Shown: positions 23,080 through 35,660, counted from the stretch's first letter. The stretch: 64,000 nucleotides of DNA from Cyanophora paradoxa CCMP329 (GCA_004431415.1 QPMI01000493.1:181731-245730), one strand, 5' to 3'. The notes: generated by a model from the sequence alone, not told the origin. Numbers and translations: made by a program.

Positions 23080-24163
23080 TGTTAAGGCCGTATGGTCGTA
23101 CCCGGATTGCTTTTTCGACTGAATATTATATTTCAGTTGTCAAGCCTCGCTTACGGAATTATCGGGACGAGTAGCTCTCGAAGATCTGGCGTTGCACGCA
23201 GTACTACTGCGTAGGCCAGCCTAGGATGTGAGCTAGGCTGCAACGGATACGGATAGGCCACAACGTGGCACAGGGAATCCGAATACTATGCGAGCATTAA
23301 TATAGCTACCTAGCTCAAGAAGCTAGACGTAATTATCTTTACGAGCCTGATAAGCTCGAGTCGGCTTGAAGCTGGTGCAGACTCCGACCCTTGGCCTCGA
23401 GCCTCGAGATTGATAACGGCATCGAGGGTAACGACGTACCTATCAGCATTGAGCTACATGGCCAGCAGGTACTAGTAGTAGGCGCTAGGCGTCGAGTACT
23501 ACCGGGCAGCGCCGGTCTACAGTGGCACTGCCGCAGTGCGGCGGCTGACCGCAGTGCCAGGCCCTGTACGTGGCAGCCTCTGCAGCAGCTGCAGCTGCCG
23601 GCTGCAGGCTGTAGGCTGCAGCCTCACTAGGATCGGAATCAGTGCGTGACTATTGGCTGAAACCCTGCACGGTGATTGGTCGCCAGACGCCTTTTTCGGG
23701 CGACGGGTAATTGAAGGGTGTACCCCGGTCGGATGATTGGGCCAAGTCTTAACCCGGCAGATTTCGCAGCTCGGGCTCACTTTAAGGAGCGCACCGGATC
23801 GCTGCAAAGCTGCAGCGAGCTCGGTGTCGACGCGACCACCACCTGAGGCACTTCACGTTCATCTGGTGCCCTGAGTCTGATTCCTACGATCCCTTCCCCT
23901 GATTCTTGTGAATCTTGGTGCTGATCATGATCAAAACCCGCGTTTTTAGGCTCAAAATGTCAGACTCCAAGGGATCTTCTGTCAATAACAAGACTCCGCC
24001 CTTTGCGGCCGACTTCCCGGGCTTGGTTGGGAAGCACGGCCATAACTGGGACGGGCAGTTCGCCGCTCTTGGGAAGCCTGAGGTTGGTCTTTTCTTACTT
24101 AATTGTGGGATCTCCGGGATAGTTCAGGAGCCTTGATCCGAAGAGGTTCTAGTCACCTTTTCA
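23080..24163 (+). repeat. 3' LTR (1084 bp)
   Basis: tgttaaggcc...gtcaccttttca followed by gtgt. Confidence 0.95.
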
Positions 24164-24521
24164 GTGTGTGCAATCATTTAATTTGAGCTCCGATCCCTAT
24201 GTATGAATTCCTAACGTTTTAGTAACGAGAACGGCATGCATGCTCACTGAGCTTCTACGTATACACGTGGATTCACTGAGCTTCTATGTACATGTGAATC
24301 CTGATGTCGAGTGAGCTTCTTTGTGAATCTTGATGTCGAGTTCTTAAATATTTAGCGCCCTGGACTTTTTTGGAAAACGACCTCATGCACCAAGCGCCCT
24401 GGACGGGCCTTAGGCCTGCATCCCCGCGTGCTCAAGGGGCTTAAGCTTAAGCTTCCCGTTGCCGCTTGAATTCTGGCATTTGCCTGCAGCTGCCGCAGTG
24501 TACATGCGCCGTGGCTAGTGC

Positions 24522-24860
24522 AAGGCTGGAGGTGGATGGCCTACCTCCTGGTATACGTACTCCCCTCCTCGCTTCTCTACCCCCTTTAACACCGCCATGA
24601 CGTCACGCGGTGCAGTGGTACCGGTACCCCCTGGAGTCCCTCATCGCGAACGAGGTCCGGGGCCAGACCTTCTCGTGCGATCGCGAGGGCGAGCCGGACT
24701 GCACATACCAAGTACACCCCCCCCCCCCCCCCGGGCCCTTCCCACTCTTCCCTTCTAATTATAACCGTCCTCATGATCATGATCAGCTGCAGACGGGGAG
24801 GACGTGATGTCCTACTATGGCTTCGCGTTCGCGAACCAGTGGCCCAACGTCGGCGCGCTC
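24522..24860 (+). pseudogene. ABCG (ABC-2 type) transporter membrane-domain relic
   Basis: GWRWMAYL, YRYPLESLIANEVRGQTFSC...C, and GEDVMSYYG match the ABCG extracellular-loop signature. No upstream exons are visible and the splice frame appears broken. Confidence 0.65.
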
Positions 24861-25990
24861 CGATCCGCGCCTCAGGGCCTACCGTAGTACTGGGCCCCGG
24901 GCTGCCTTCGAGGCCGCCCGCGCCCTAGGCCTCGCCCAGCCCTTCCTCGTCCACTGCAGGCGCTACTAGGCTAGCTCATGATCAGCGGCTCGTGAAATTT
25001 AAACCGCACCCAGCTTAGGCAGCTTAGTCTAGGCCGTGCAGTAGGCTCTAGATCTAGATCGCTAGTCTAGGCCGAGCAGTAGTGGCCGATCGGCCGCCGC
25101 GCCGGACGGTATGCGCGGGGGCGCGCGCGCGTGGACTCCGCGGCCGGGAGCGCCGCGGCGAAAGTCGAGCCGCTGAGCGCTAGCGCTCGCCGAGTCGAGC
25201 GCGTGCACACATGCGTTGGAGCCGGCCATGGCACGCTGCGCTATATATAGCTAGCGGCCCAGCAGCTGAGCTAGCGCTAGGAGCGGCCTGCAGCCTACAG
25301 GGAGCTCGCGATCGGGGACGGGAGGCCTATACAGCAGTGCGCATGCGCACTGCGATCTAGATCTAGATCTAGATCTACAGCGGCCCGGGGCCGGACGCTG
25401 CCGCGGGGCCGGGCCGGTATGCGCGCATGCGCTATACGCGTACGCGTACGTGTACTTATGCGTACATATACATGTACACGTGCACGCGCGCCTAGGCCGC
25501 CGGGCCTGATCCGATGATCATGATATCTAGAGCGGAGCGCCGAGACGAGAGCTAGCGCCAGCTGCATAGCTAGCGTGCGTTGGGGCTGGCATGCAGCCGT
25601 AAACTGCGCGCGTGCACCGGCGCTGTGTTGAAGCTGAAGGCGCGGGGGTACGCGAATAGCCAGTTTCAGCGCAAGGCCAAGCTTAAGCAGTCGGTGCCGC
25701 GGCCGCCCCGGCGGCCAGCTCCGGAGCGATTGCACAGCATTCAGAGCACGCCGCGACTGCGCCCGCGGGCCGCGCATCGAGCCAGATTCAAGTCTCAAAC
25801 CGTCCAGCCCAGCGGCCGCGCTCCGCTAGCTTTGGTGCGGGCGCGCGCGTCAGCTCGCTTAGCTAGCGAAGCCGAGCCGGGAGGGGCCCAGTCTGCTGGC
25901 CGGTTGGGCACTCGGAGCGGGCGTCAAGGGCCTCAGCTCAGCCGGGACCGCTAGCAAGCGGCGGCGGAGCGGAGCGGCCGAGCGAGCGCG

Positions 25991-28900
25991 ATGTCAAAGA
26001 CGGACGGGAAGGTCGCGCCGCCGGAGGAGCCGCGTGCGCCCGTCTCGGACGCCAAGAGCTACATCGACGAGAACCGGCGCTGCCGAGACGTGCTTTGGCT
26101 CGTCCTCTTCATCGCCTTCTGGATCGGTGCGCCCCGCCCGGGCGCCCCGCCCCGCCCGGCCCCAGCGCCCCGCCCAGCCCGCCGACCTGCTTCCGCCGCC
26201 TCGCTCAGGGATGTGGGTCGTGGCCGGATTCGCATTCAACAAGGGGGATCCCAGCAAGCTCCTGTATCCCGTAGACGGCGCCGGGAGCGTATGTGGCACA
26301 ACATTCCCCGACCACCGCTTCCTCTTCTGGCCGGTGCGCCGCGCCGCGCCGCTCGCCCGCCGGCGCCGCGCGCCCCGGCCGACGCTGGCGCGCGCGCGCG
26401 ACCCGCCGAGCAGAACCCGACGGACGTGCTGGACTCGTTCTGCGTGGGCGCCTGCCCTGAGGCGCTCAGCTTCGTTAACCTCGTGTGCCCCCCGGGTCTC
26501 GCCCCCTCCGCCGGCCTCGCCGGCGCCGCCCTCGACCTGCTGGTACATGCGCCGTCGACACGGCACTAGGCAACGCCATCGGCCCGCCGTCCGGCGCCGG
26601 CAACGCCACATCCCCTCCCCTCCCCCTCCCCTCCGCCCCCTCCCCTCCCCGACGTTCTCCCCTCCGGCTCCTCCCGGCCCTCCTCGGGCTCGTCAACGCC
26701 ACCTCTACCCCAGCCCGTCCATATTCCCTACCCCGCCCTCTTGATCACCCCAACCCCCGCCCCGTCCGCCCTCGCCCACCGCCCGTCTGTTCCCCACTCC
26801 GACCCCCGCCGCCGCCGGCAACGGGACCCTCCCGCCCCCGACGCCCCTACCCTGCCCACCGCCCTCCCACCAATGCGACGGTTTCTCCCGCTAATTCGAC
26901 GGCGTCCAACGCGACCGTACCCCCCTCCTCTTCCTCCCCCTCCGACTCCTCCGCCGTCTCTTCGATTCTGAACGGCGGGCGCCTCTTCGGCTCCGGTGAC
27001 GTCAACGCGTGCGTCCGGCGGTACCTCTCCGGCGACGCTTCGCGCTGCTCCATCTCGTACCCCACCACCAACGGTGAGCACGTACCCTCTCTCCGTTCTC
27101 CACCCCCCCCCCCCCCCCCTAATTGGCTCTGCAGTCTTCGGGCGGTGCCTCCCCTCCCCGCGCTACAGCTCCCTCCTGGGGGGTACGTCGGTGCAGAACC
27201 TCATGAAGGCGTGCAGTACCCCATTCAGCCCCCTCGTCCTCTGTGATGACGTACCCCCCGCAGGACGGCTGGAGCCAGCTGAACTCGTACCTGGCCGACG
27301 TGCAAGCCGCCTGGCCGGTCGAGGCGCGTACCCCCCTCCCCGCTCACTCGCGCGTTGCGTACCCCCGGACTGATTCCCGTACCCCCTGCAGCTCGTGATG
27401 GGCCTGATCGCCCCCCTCGTGCTCGGATTCGTGTACCTCCTCCTCCTCAAGTACCTCGCCGGCATCATGGTGCGCCGTCCCCCCCCCCCCTCCCCTCTCC
27501 CTCGCCCCACCCCCGTTCTCCCTCCAACGGGCGCCTCCTGAACCCTGCACCCTCAGGTCTGGGTTACGATCCTCCTGGTGATCGGCGCCCTTGTCGGGGG
27601 TACCCTGGTCTTCTTCTTCAAGGCCGGGTACATCGGCCAGAACGAGCTGAACACGATCGTTCGCCCCCTGCCTTTCCTCGAGTCCTTTCGCATGCCCCGC
27701 CGACCTTCTGCCAGGGGTACGACCGGATCACGAGCGAGCCGCTGCCGTCGGCGCTGGACCCCTCCTCCGACCGCCGCGAGGTCATGAAGGCGCGCTCGCC
27801 GTACCCCCCTCCCCTCCATCCCCCCCTCCCCCTGCCTCTCACCCTTCGCCAGGCGCTGGCGTGGACGATGGTGGGGGTCACGGCTGTGGCGCTCCTCGTG
27901 CTGATGGTCATGGGCCGCCGCATCGCCATCGCCGTCGGCGTACGCCCCCTCCACCCCCCCCCACCCCCCCCCCCACACACACACACCTTCCCCCCGGGGC
28001 CCGGCTCTGCCCCCACCCCCCACCCCACCCCCCCCCACCCCCGGGCCGGCTCCGCACCCGCCTGGGAGGGCGCCACCCCCCCCCCCCCCCCCCCCCCCAC
28101 CCATCCATCTCGCCTAGACAGACTCGACACCCGACACTCTCTGCCCTCGGCGCCCCTCTCTCCCCTCACCTCCTCCGCATACCCCCCCCCCCCCCAGATC
28201 GTGAAGGAGGCGGCGGACGCGGTGCGGGCGCTGGTCTGGGTCGTCTTCCTCCCCGTCTGGGAGTTCGCCGCCATCGCCGTCTTCTTCGGTGCGCGAGTGT
28301 GGGATGGGACGGGCGATGGGCGGTGGGACGGCAAAGGCAACGCGAGAGGCTGCCGGCCCGGGGCGGGGGGGTACAGGGGGCTAGAGAGCAGAGGCGCCCG
28401 CTAGGGCCCGCCCGCCGCGAGGCCGCGAGGAATCAGCTCGAGGCTGGCTGTCGGCCGGGCCGGGCCCCGGTTAAAGGGGGTCTCTTTCCGGCCGAGCTCG
28501 GTAGCCGCGGACGGGGCCCCGCTCCAGCTTCTTCCCCCCCTCCCCCCCCCCCCCCTTCCTCCTCCCCTTCCCTTCCCCCGCCCCCCGCCCTCCCCCATTG
28601 CTTCCCTCCTGCCCGCGTGCCGCTCACCCCCTACCCCCCCTACTTCGTTCGCAGTGTACTGGGTGTACGTCTTCGTCTTCCTCTGCTCCGCCTCCCAGTA
28701 CGACCCGCGAGCCGCCAGATGAAGTGCGCCGTACCCGCCCGCCCGCCCCTCTCCTTTCCCGCTTCTCCCCCCTCCCTTTGGCTCTCGCTTCCTCCTTCTC
28801 CTCTCCTCTCCCCTCGCCCCTCCCCGCCCTCCCCGCCCCGCACCGCCCCGCCGCACCGCACGCCCTCTCTTTGGCTCTCGTTTTCTCCCTAAACGCCCCG

Positions 28901-29673
28901 TCCTGGGGCGGTCGACTCGTCCTCCTTCTCTCCTTCCTCCCTCTCCTCTCCCGTCGTTTGCCTCGCCTCTGAACGGCCGGCAGGTACGACAACACGACGC
29001 GGGGCGCCATCGCCTACCACGTCTTCGGCCTCTTCGTGCGCCCCGCCCCGCCCCCGCCCCGCTTGCTCTGCTCTGCTCCGACCCGCTCCTATATCCCTCG
29101 TCCCTCTCCTCCTCCTATATTTTATAACCCTGTTCCTCCCCCTCCTTTTTCTAGATCTAAATCATACGCGGCCGAGGCTGCTCCGACGCTGTTAGCCGCT
29201 GTAAGCGCCGCGCCCCGTTGTTCCCGCCTCAGCTTGGCCTAGCCTGATCCCCCCCTCCCTCCTGGCTACCTAGCCCGCCCCCCCGCCCCCCCGTACCTAA
29301 TTACAAGCCCGCGCCGCCCCCGCCCCGCCCCGCGCAGTGGACGGTGCAGGTGGCGGAGGCCTTCTGCACGACTACCATCGCGGGGAGCGTCGCCACGTAC
29401 TACTTCACCCGCCCCGGCCCCGACGGCTCCAAGGTCTGATCTATTAACAACAAACCAGATCTGTTAGCAAACTAGATCTGTATTTATATGTTCGGCCTCC
29501 TTCTCTAGATCTGTGCTACTTCACCCGCCCCGGCCCCGACGGCTCCAAGGCGAGCACCAACTATAAATGTACTAGATCTGTTAACAAGCTAGACTTCTAT
29601 TTATATAGTCGGCCTCCTTGTCTAGATCTGTGCTACTTCACCCGCCTTGGCCGGGCTCCAAGACGAGCGAGGG

Positions 29674-29708
<35 letters not shown>

Positions 29709-31415
29709 CTTAGAATCATCATCCTTGAGCGGCTAGCGCTCCCCCTAGCGCTCCTTCCGGTCACTGCCCCGCATTAGAATCATCGTCTTAGAGCGGCCAG
29801 CGCTCCACCAGGGCCCTCTCTCGGCGGCCCCCGCCCCGCCTCGCCCCGCCGCGCCCCGCCTCTGACCCTCCCCGCAGCGGCTGCCGCTGGCGCCGATCCT
29901 GCAGTCGCTCTACCGGACGGTCCGCTACAGCCTCGGCTCCCTCGCCTTCGGCGCCTTCCTCGTCGCCCTCGTCCAGGCGCGTCCTCTCGAGTTCGCTTTG
30001 ATTTCCTCTTACTTTAGATTCCACTTTAGGTTCCTCTTTCCTAGCTCTTTCCTAATTCGGTTTAACATAGGCGCTCTAGATCTAGTGCTATTTAAGAGTG
30101 CCTTCCTCGTTTTGAATTAAGAGAGCGAGCCCGCCGCGAACCGCTTTGAATTCGATTTCCACTTTTCGGCCGACGTCCTCCCTGACTCGCTTGCTTGGTC
30201 CGCGCAGTGGGCGCGCGCCGTGCTCTCGTACGTGCAGCGGCAGAGCGGCCTGGCGCAGAGGAACGTCGTCGTCAAGTACGTCTTCGTGTGCCTCAAGTGC
30301 TGCCTCGCCTGCCTCGAGCGCTTCCTCAAGGCCATCACACGCCGCGCCTACATCATGGTGCGCCGGGGAATATATGGATAAGAGCTCGGCGGCGGCGGCC
30401 GGGATGTCATGGATAACCGTTGAACGCAATGACAGCTTTAAATCGCGCAATAGAACTTCCGGAACCGGAACCTTTACTTGGACCTTTCTAGAACCGGTTT
30501 CTTTCGAGAGGGCTTCTCAAGTTCCGGGCCTCCCGGCTCACGCCGCCGGGCCGCGCCAGATCGCGATGCACGGGGACTCGTTCTGCGGGGCGGCGCAGCG
30601 CTCGTTCGCGCTGGTGCTGGCGAACATCCTCCGGGTGGCGGCCGTAGGCGTCGTTGGCGACTTCCTCATGTTCCTCGGCAAGCTCGCCATCGTCATCTCG
30701 TGCGCGCCGCCCCCAAGCCCGAGCCCGAGCTCGAGCTCGAGCTCGCGGCCGCTGAGCTAGTGCACGCTAGTCCTTCTATATATCAACTCGTCTCTAGTTC
30801 ATATAAACAACTTAAGCTTATCGCGACTACAGTACAGCTAGTGGCTCAGCTAGTTCCGCCTTTCTCCTTTTCATGCGCGTCTTCTGCTGACATCCCGCGC
30901 TGCCGCGGGCAGGTGCGGCTTCCTGGCGAACCTGTGGCTGGCGATGGACGGGACGTACCAGCCGTCGACGGGCTCGCGCCCCGTCTCGAGCCCCGTGCTC
31001 CCGCTCGTGGTCGTCTGCGTGGGAGCCTTCGCCGTCGCGACGGCCTTCATGGCCGTCTTTGATGCCGCCATCGACACCATCCTCCTCTGCTTCTGCGGTG
31101 AGGAGGATTTCTTGTCTAGAACCCTATAGCTAAGAGAGCGCCTGGAACTGATTTTGCTTCGACATTTTATGGTCATAGCACCTTAGATTGCTTCGAAAGC
31201 TTAGATTGCTTCGAAAGCTTCTAATAATGAAATCTCGATGCTCTGCAGAGGACCAGGAGCGGAACAACGGGATGGACCGGCCCTACTACGCCAGCTCCCA
31301 CCTGCGCCAGTTCCTCGCGAACTCTCAGAAGTACGGGCCCAGCGGGGCAGGGGGCGGGGGCGGGGCCAAGGCGCCCGTGGCCCCCGCGCCGGCTGCGGCC
31401 CCTGCCAAGGCGTAG
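25991..31415 (+). CDS. Choline transporter-like protein (CTL/SLC44 family), multi-exon
   Basis: RRCRDVLWLVLF, GDPSKLLYPVDGAGSVCG, RYSLGSLAFGA, KCCLACLERFLKAITRRAYIM|IAMHGDSFC, VGDFLMFLGKL, AIDTILLCFC|ED...DRPYYAS; ATG at 25991, TAG at 31413-31415. Confidence 0.93.
29400..29662 (+). repeat. Triplicated exon end plus intron start (~116-bp period) in the CTL gene
   Basis: ctacttcacccgccccggccccgacggctccaagg is identical at 29400-29434 and 29516-29550, with a degenerate third copy near 29633. Confidence 0.9.
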
Positions 31416-33276
31416 CGAGGGGCCTACCCCCGGGCCCCGACACGTCGTTAGTCTCAGATCGATATCTACAGTTTGTTCAGAGCACAATTGCATTGATTCA
31501 TGATCAATGTCACCGCTGGAATCCCACCCGGCGCCAGCGGACCGGCGCCGCACTCTCCACTCTTGAGCCTCTGGGTTCGAATCCAGGCCGGCCGAAGCAA
31601 TCCCGCTTCGAATCCCAGTGTGGTCGTTGGCGGGTTTGATGGTAACGTTAACCTAACGCTGGGCGGACTCCAAAGGCCGAAGGTGGGGGCGGTCCTGTGC
31701 GTTCCCATAAGAACAAGCGCACACTAAGTTATAACTTATTACTTATATATATATATGACGCATGCGGACGCCCGTAAAACAAATCGGCGCCCATGGAACG
31801 GCCGAGCCAAAAATCCTCGATAGCCCGATTGAGTAAGAGCGTCTGCGTGCGCGCGCGCCGCACGTTTCAAGTTCCGAAGTTCTCGATTGAAGTTCAGCTG
31901 TATGCGCAGCTGCAGTTCTAGATGTTTCGAATTCATTCTAAAAATTCATTTCTGCGTGCACGTGTAGATTTCTTTCGCTACGTCATCGGTAAATGGGGGG
32001 GTGCGGGGGGGCTTGCCCCCCTGCTTGTATATAGGGAGAAGGCTGTGCGAGGAAGGGTAATCGCCCCAGTACGGCCCCGCCCGAGAGCCCCTGAGGGGAG
32101 CGCTCCCGGAGTCGACGCCCGGGTGCCGGCCAGTACACGCTCAGCATTTGCATCTGCACACGCCATCTGCAACCGCGGCCCAGGCCTAGGGCCGGCCCGG
32201 CGGTCACGATCACAGCCTCACGTAGTCAGCGCCGAGACAATTCGACACTTCGGACAAGCTTAAGCTCATAATTCAGTGCAAGAAGATCTAAAACAGCAAG
32301 ACGAAGAAGCTCGAGCTAGAAATGACCGCTCTAGCTTAATTCTAGAAGAGGCAAGTTTAATTCTTTTTTAGGCAAGTTTAATTCACCAAAAAAAAAGTTT
32401 TTGGAAATTATTCATGCAGTCAGCTGCAGGCATGCTCGATCTCGTCCTCTTTGTCTAAATCTGTTAACGTTCATGTTAGTGCTGCTTCGTCTTTTTGTCC
32501 CTGTGTCTGCTGGTTCTATAGCTAGTTCGAATTCGACTAGTACTGTTGCGTCTTGAACTCGAGATCTGGAACTTCGACTGTAATTCCTCGCGCTCGTTCT
32601 CCTTACCAGATTAACGTATACTGCGTCCGAATACCCGTGCTCCTCGTGTCGCGGGAGGGATGGAGGGGCCGAGGACGGCTTTTCTCTGCTGCGACGAATG
32701 TCGCGGGCGATGGCAAGACCAAGTCTGGCTAGAGCTTGGCCGGCGCCGGCTGGGCCGGGCGTGGTCGCGGGCCGCGGGCCGGGAGCCGGCTAGGCGTGGC
32801 CGGTCGCGACTTGACTTGCAATTCCCGGAATTACCGGAATTCCCGGAACCCAGGCCGGAACCCAACTCAGGATCCTAGCTATAGAACCGTGAAAGTCCTA
32901 GAAAATACTCGACAGTTTGCAACGCGGATTTAGGGCTAGTATAAGTAGCCGTTGTCCTGCAAAAGTGGTCATTCTTTGTGAGGCGCACAGCCTCGAAATA
33001 CTAGCAGCGAAACTCTGCCTCTCTGCGGCTGCACCTTGCCTTCGCAATTTGGGAGGGCCTTGCATTGAATTGCACTAATAGCTGGGATCGCATCTCAGGT
33101 CTGTTATTAATCTGTTATTAGGCCTCTGGTTACAAACCCCTAGACTATATCTGGGCCTTGCCCGGATTTAACCAGACGCTTAATACTCGTCGTTCTAGTG
33201 TGACGTCGACTGCACATTCTGCATCCTTGAGCCCTTCCGAAGTTCTACTACTTTTCCTGGTGCTCGTTCTCCCTAA

Positions 33277-35387
33277 CTAGTGGCCCGGCCGCGTTTGTCG
33301 CGCCGGGGGGGGCAAGGGGGGAACCGGGATCGAATGAAAGAGTCGTAGTGGGACGCACATGCGTGCGGCAGATCGACCCCGGCCCAGTGGGCGCGGCATG
33401 TTGAAGTGCAAAGATAAACACAGATTATGATTGAAAAAAAAGAAAAGGCCCGATAAGCACACGCTGCGATCAAACCGAATAAAGAAAAGCCTCAATGAAA
33501 GGCCAGAATCAGCGCACATTATATTAAAGATTGTTCTGGATCCAAAAAACGCTGAGCATCAACTGTATTCGTAATTATAAGGCCTACCGCTAACCCTGAA
33601 CAGCTGGCTAAAAGATGATGGTGCTGTCTGCAGAGGGCTCGCCGTAAACAAAGGCGATCCAGGCCTTCTGGAGGGGGTCGGGGCGGAAGTCGACCATGGG
33701 GGTGAGGGGCAGCCAGCGGCGCCGGTCCTGAAGAGAGCCGTCTTGCGAGAGCATGGTGAGGCGGCCCGCCGCCTCGAGGGTCCGCAGAGCCGCGCGGCTG
33801 GCGCGCTGCTCGCTCCCGCCGCGCATCTGGTAGACAAGGTCTTGAATTTCGATGCCCGCGAGGCCGGCGGCACGCAGGCGCTCGAGGACCCCCATGTGGA
33901 GGTCCTCGATCGCAGGCCTGCAGCTGCCGTGGCAATCATGAACAGAGGGCATGTATGGGCGGTCAACTTCAATGAAACTGCACGCACTCGGGCTGGTTCA
34001 GCCCCGCATCACAGAATTTACCTCTGGCGTGTGCAGCCTCGTGCTGGCGAAGGGAAGGAGCCGACGGACAGACGGTAGAGCACTGCCTACACGGGTACTG
34101 GCCAACCGTTGCCGATGCCAGAAGAGACATGTCGGTAGGTACAGTCTGCAGCGAGCGCTTTGCACGCTTCACGTGCTTCTCGAACGAGGACTTCTGGCTG
34201 AAGAGCCGCTCGCAGGTGCTGCACGACATCTGATGCGAACGCACTGAGGATAGCATTAAGGACAAGGCGCCACACCGCGCACCGATCTCCAACGTTAACG
34301 CGGGCCAGGATGTTGGAAAGAAAGCCGTTGCACTTCCCGGCTCACAGACGGTTCCGCTATTCGCACATCGCCCGAAACCGAGTTGTCAGAAGCGGCATGC
34401 GTCACGGGCTCAATTTCGCGGGATACGCATTCGGTGTCGCCGGAATTGGGAGCATGAGTTCGCGATTCAGAATTTGAAGGCTGGCACGCATTGCGGGGTT
34501 GGAAGTCCCCTGCGTGGCGGTGAATACGTGCGTTAGCTGCTGCGTTTTTGCGAGCGTGCGCGCGGCTCGATGGAAACTGCACGAACTCGAGCGCTGCGAC
34601 CGTGTTGCCGGACATGACGAAACAAGCTCTGGCGCCAGCAGATGTGTTCACGGGCTCCGTCCGGACAATGTAAACAAATGCCGCCCGTGCACGACGATGA
34701 GAGCGTGCAGTCCGACGGCAGGAAATCTCGCCCGAGGACAAGGTCCAATGCAGCTGTCCGTCCCATCTCGTCTGAAATAAGGGCTACTGCTGAATAAGGG
34801 CACTGCCGGCTGTTGCAAACACTGCTGAAGATTAAGCTGCAGTGCAGCCAGCGGCCGTAGCGGCCTCCGGCCCGGCAAGGCTCGGAGCGACGATAGCTGA
34901 CCGGCACGCGGCGTGCAGCGGCGCGTCCGGAGGCAGTGCCCAGGCCGGGTGGCAGGCGGCGGGGGCGCACGCACGCGGCGCAACACAGGGCGCACGCAGG
35001 GCGCCGAATGAGCGGACAGCGAGGGAGAACTGGTTGCCATATGGAAAACCGCCGCGTGACGCAGCGTACCGCCGCGCGAGGGAGAGCCCAGATCTAGAGG
35101 AGTGAGAGAGAAGTTGGTTTTCCCCTCGAAAACCAGTAGAGGAGTGAGAGAGAAGTTGGTTTTTCCGTCGAAAACCAGTTTTCGCGAGTTCGAAACACCT
35201 CTCGCGAGCTCGAATTCGACGCTCGAAAGTCGAGAGCTGACCGGTCCACCGAGCCAATCGGAACGCGAATAACCAACATTTTCGTTGCAGACTGGCCCTC
35301 GAAAACGGCCTCCTAGAAAAATTTTGGCTGAAGCGAGGGAACGGGAAGCAAGGGGGAATCCTTCCCCCCTTGCAATCATTGAATAGA
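33277..35387 (-). mobile_element. Non-autonomous Helitron-like element, copy 2
   Basis: On the minus strand: A|TC 5' end, and hairpin ccggcgcgacaaacgcggccgg then CTAG|T at the 3' end. Homologous to 17482-21921. Confidence 0.85.
33608..34292 (-). pseudogene. C2H2 zinc-finger-containing coding remnant in the Helitron-like element
   Basis: CSTCERLFSQKSSFEKH and YPCRQCSTVCPSAPSLRQHEAAH; the same segment is more decayed at about 17800-18400. Confidence 0.65.
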
Positions 35388-35494
35388 TCGTTCTCCTCGT
35401 CCCTTATCGTGGTCCCTCTTGATTTTATGCCTTGCGATTGCATGTCTGCGATCCCTTTGCACGATTTGTGATTAAGCATACTTTGTTGTCTTTT

Positions 35495-35660
35495 AATATT
35501 ACTACCTACGGGGGGGTAGCTATTAATACCTACGGGGGTACTACCTTTTCGCCCCGCCGTAGCTATAGTACTAGTACTAGTCTCTCCAAGAAAAGGAACA
35601 CAGATACTATCTCGCCGAAAATACAAATAAAATAACGAAAGCGAAAGCGAAAGCGAGGGC
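35495..35660. repeat. Short interspersed hairpin element, copy 2 (disrupted by a duplication and filler DNA)
   Basis: AATATTACTACCTACGGGGGG...TTCGCCCCGCCGTAG...TCTCTC, then an A-rich tract and (GCGAAA)n. Confidence 0.5.

Larger units (their letters stand above)
15311..24163 (+). mobile_element. Non-autonomous, internally deleted Ty3/Gypsy-type LTR retrotransposon with nested insertions
   Basis: Near-identical LTRs, outer termini TG...CA, GTGT direct repeat on both sides, PBS-like TGGCGG at 16391, G-rich tract before 23080, integrase remnants inside. Confidence 0.92.

Noticed and set aside
23080-24163. Assembly duplication of 15311-16390
   Set aside because: TG/CA ends, TSD, PBS and distinct indels identify a true LTR pair.
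1-31415. NRPS + ABCG + CTL as a biosynthetic gene cluster
   Set aside because: The ABCG is only a relic, CTL is a widespread housekeeping family, and no tailoring enzymes are visible downstream of the NRPS.
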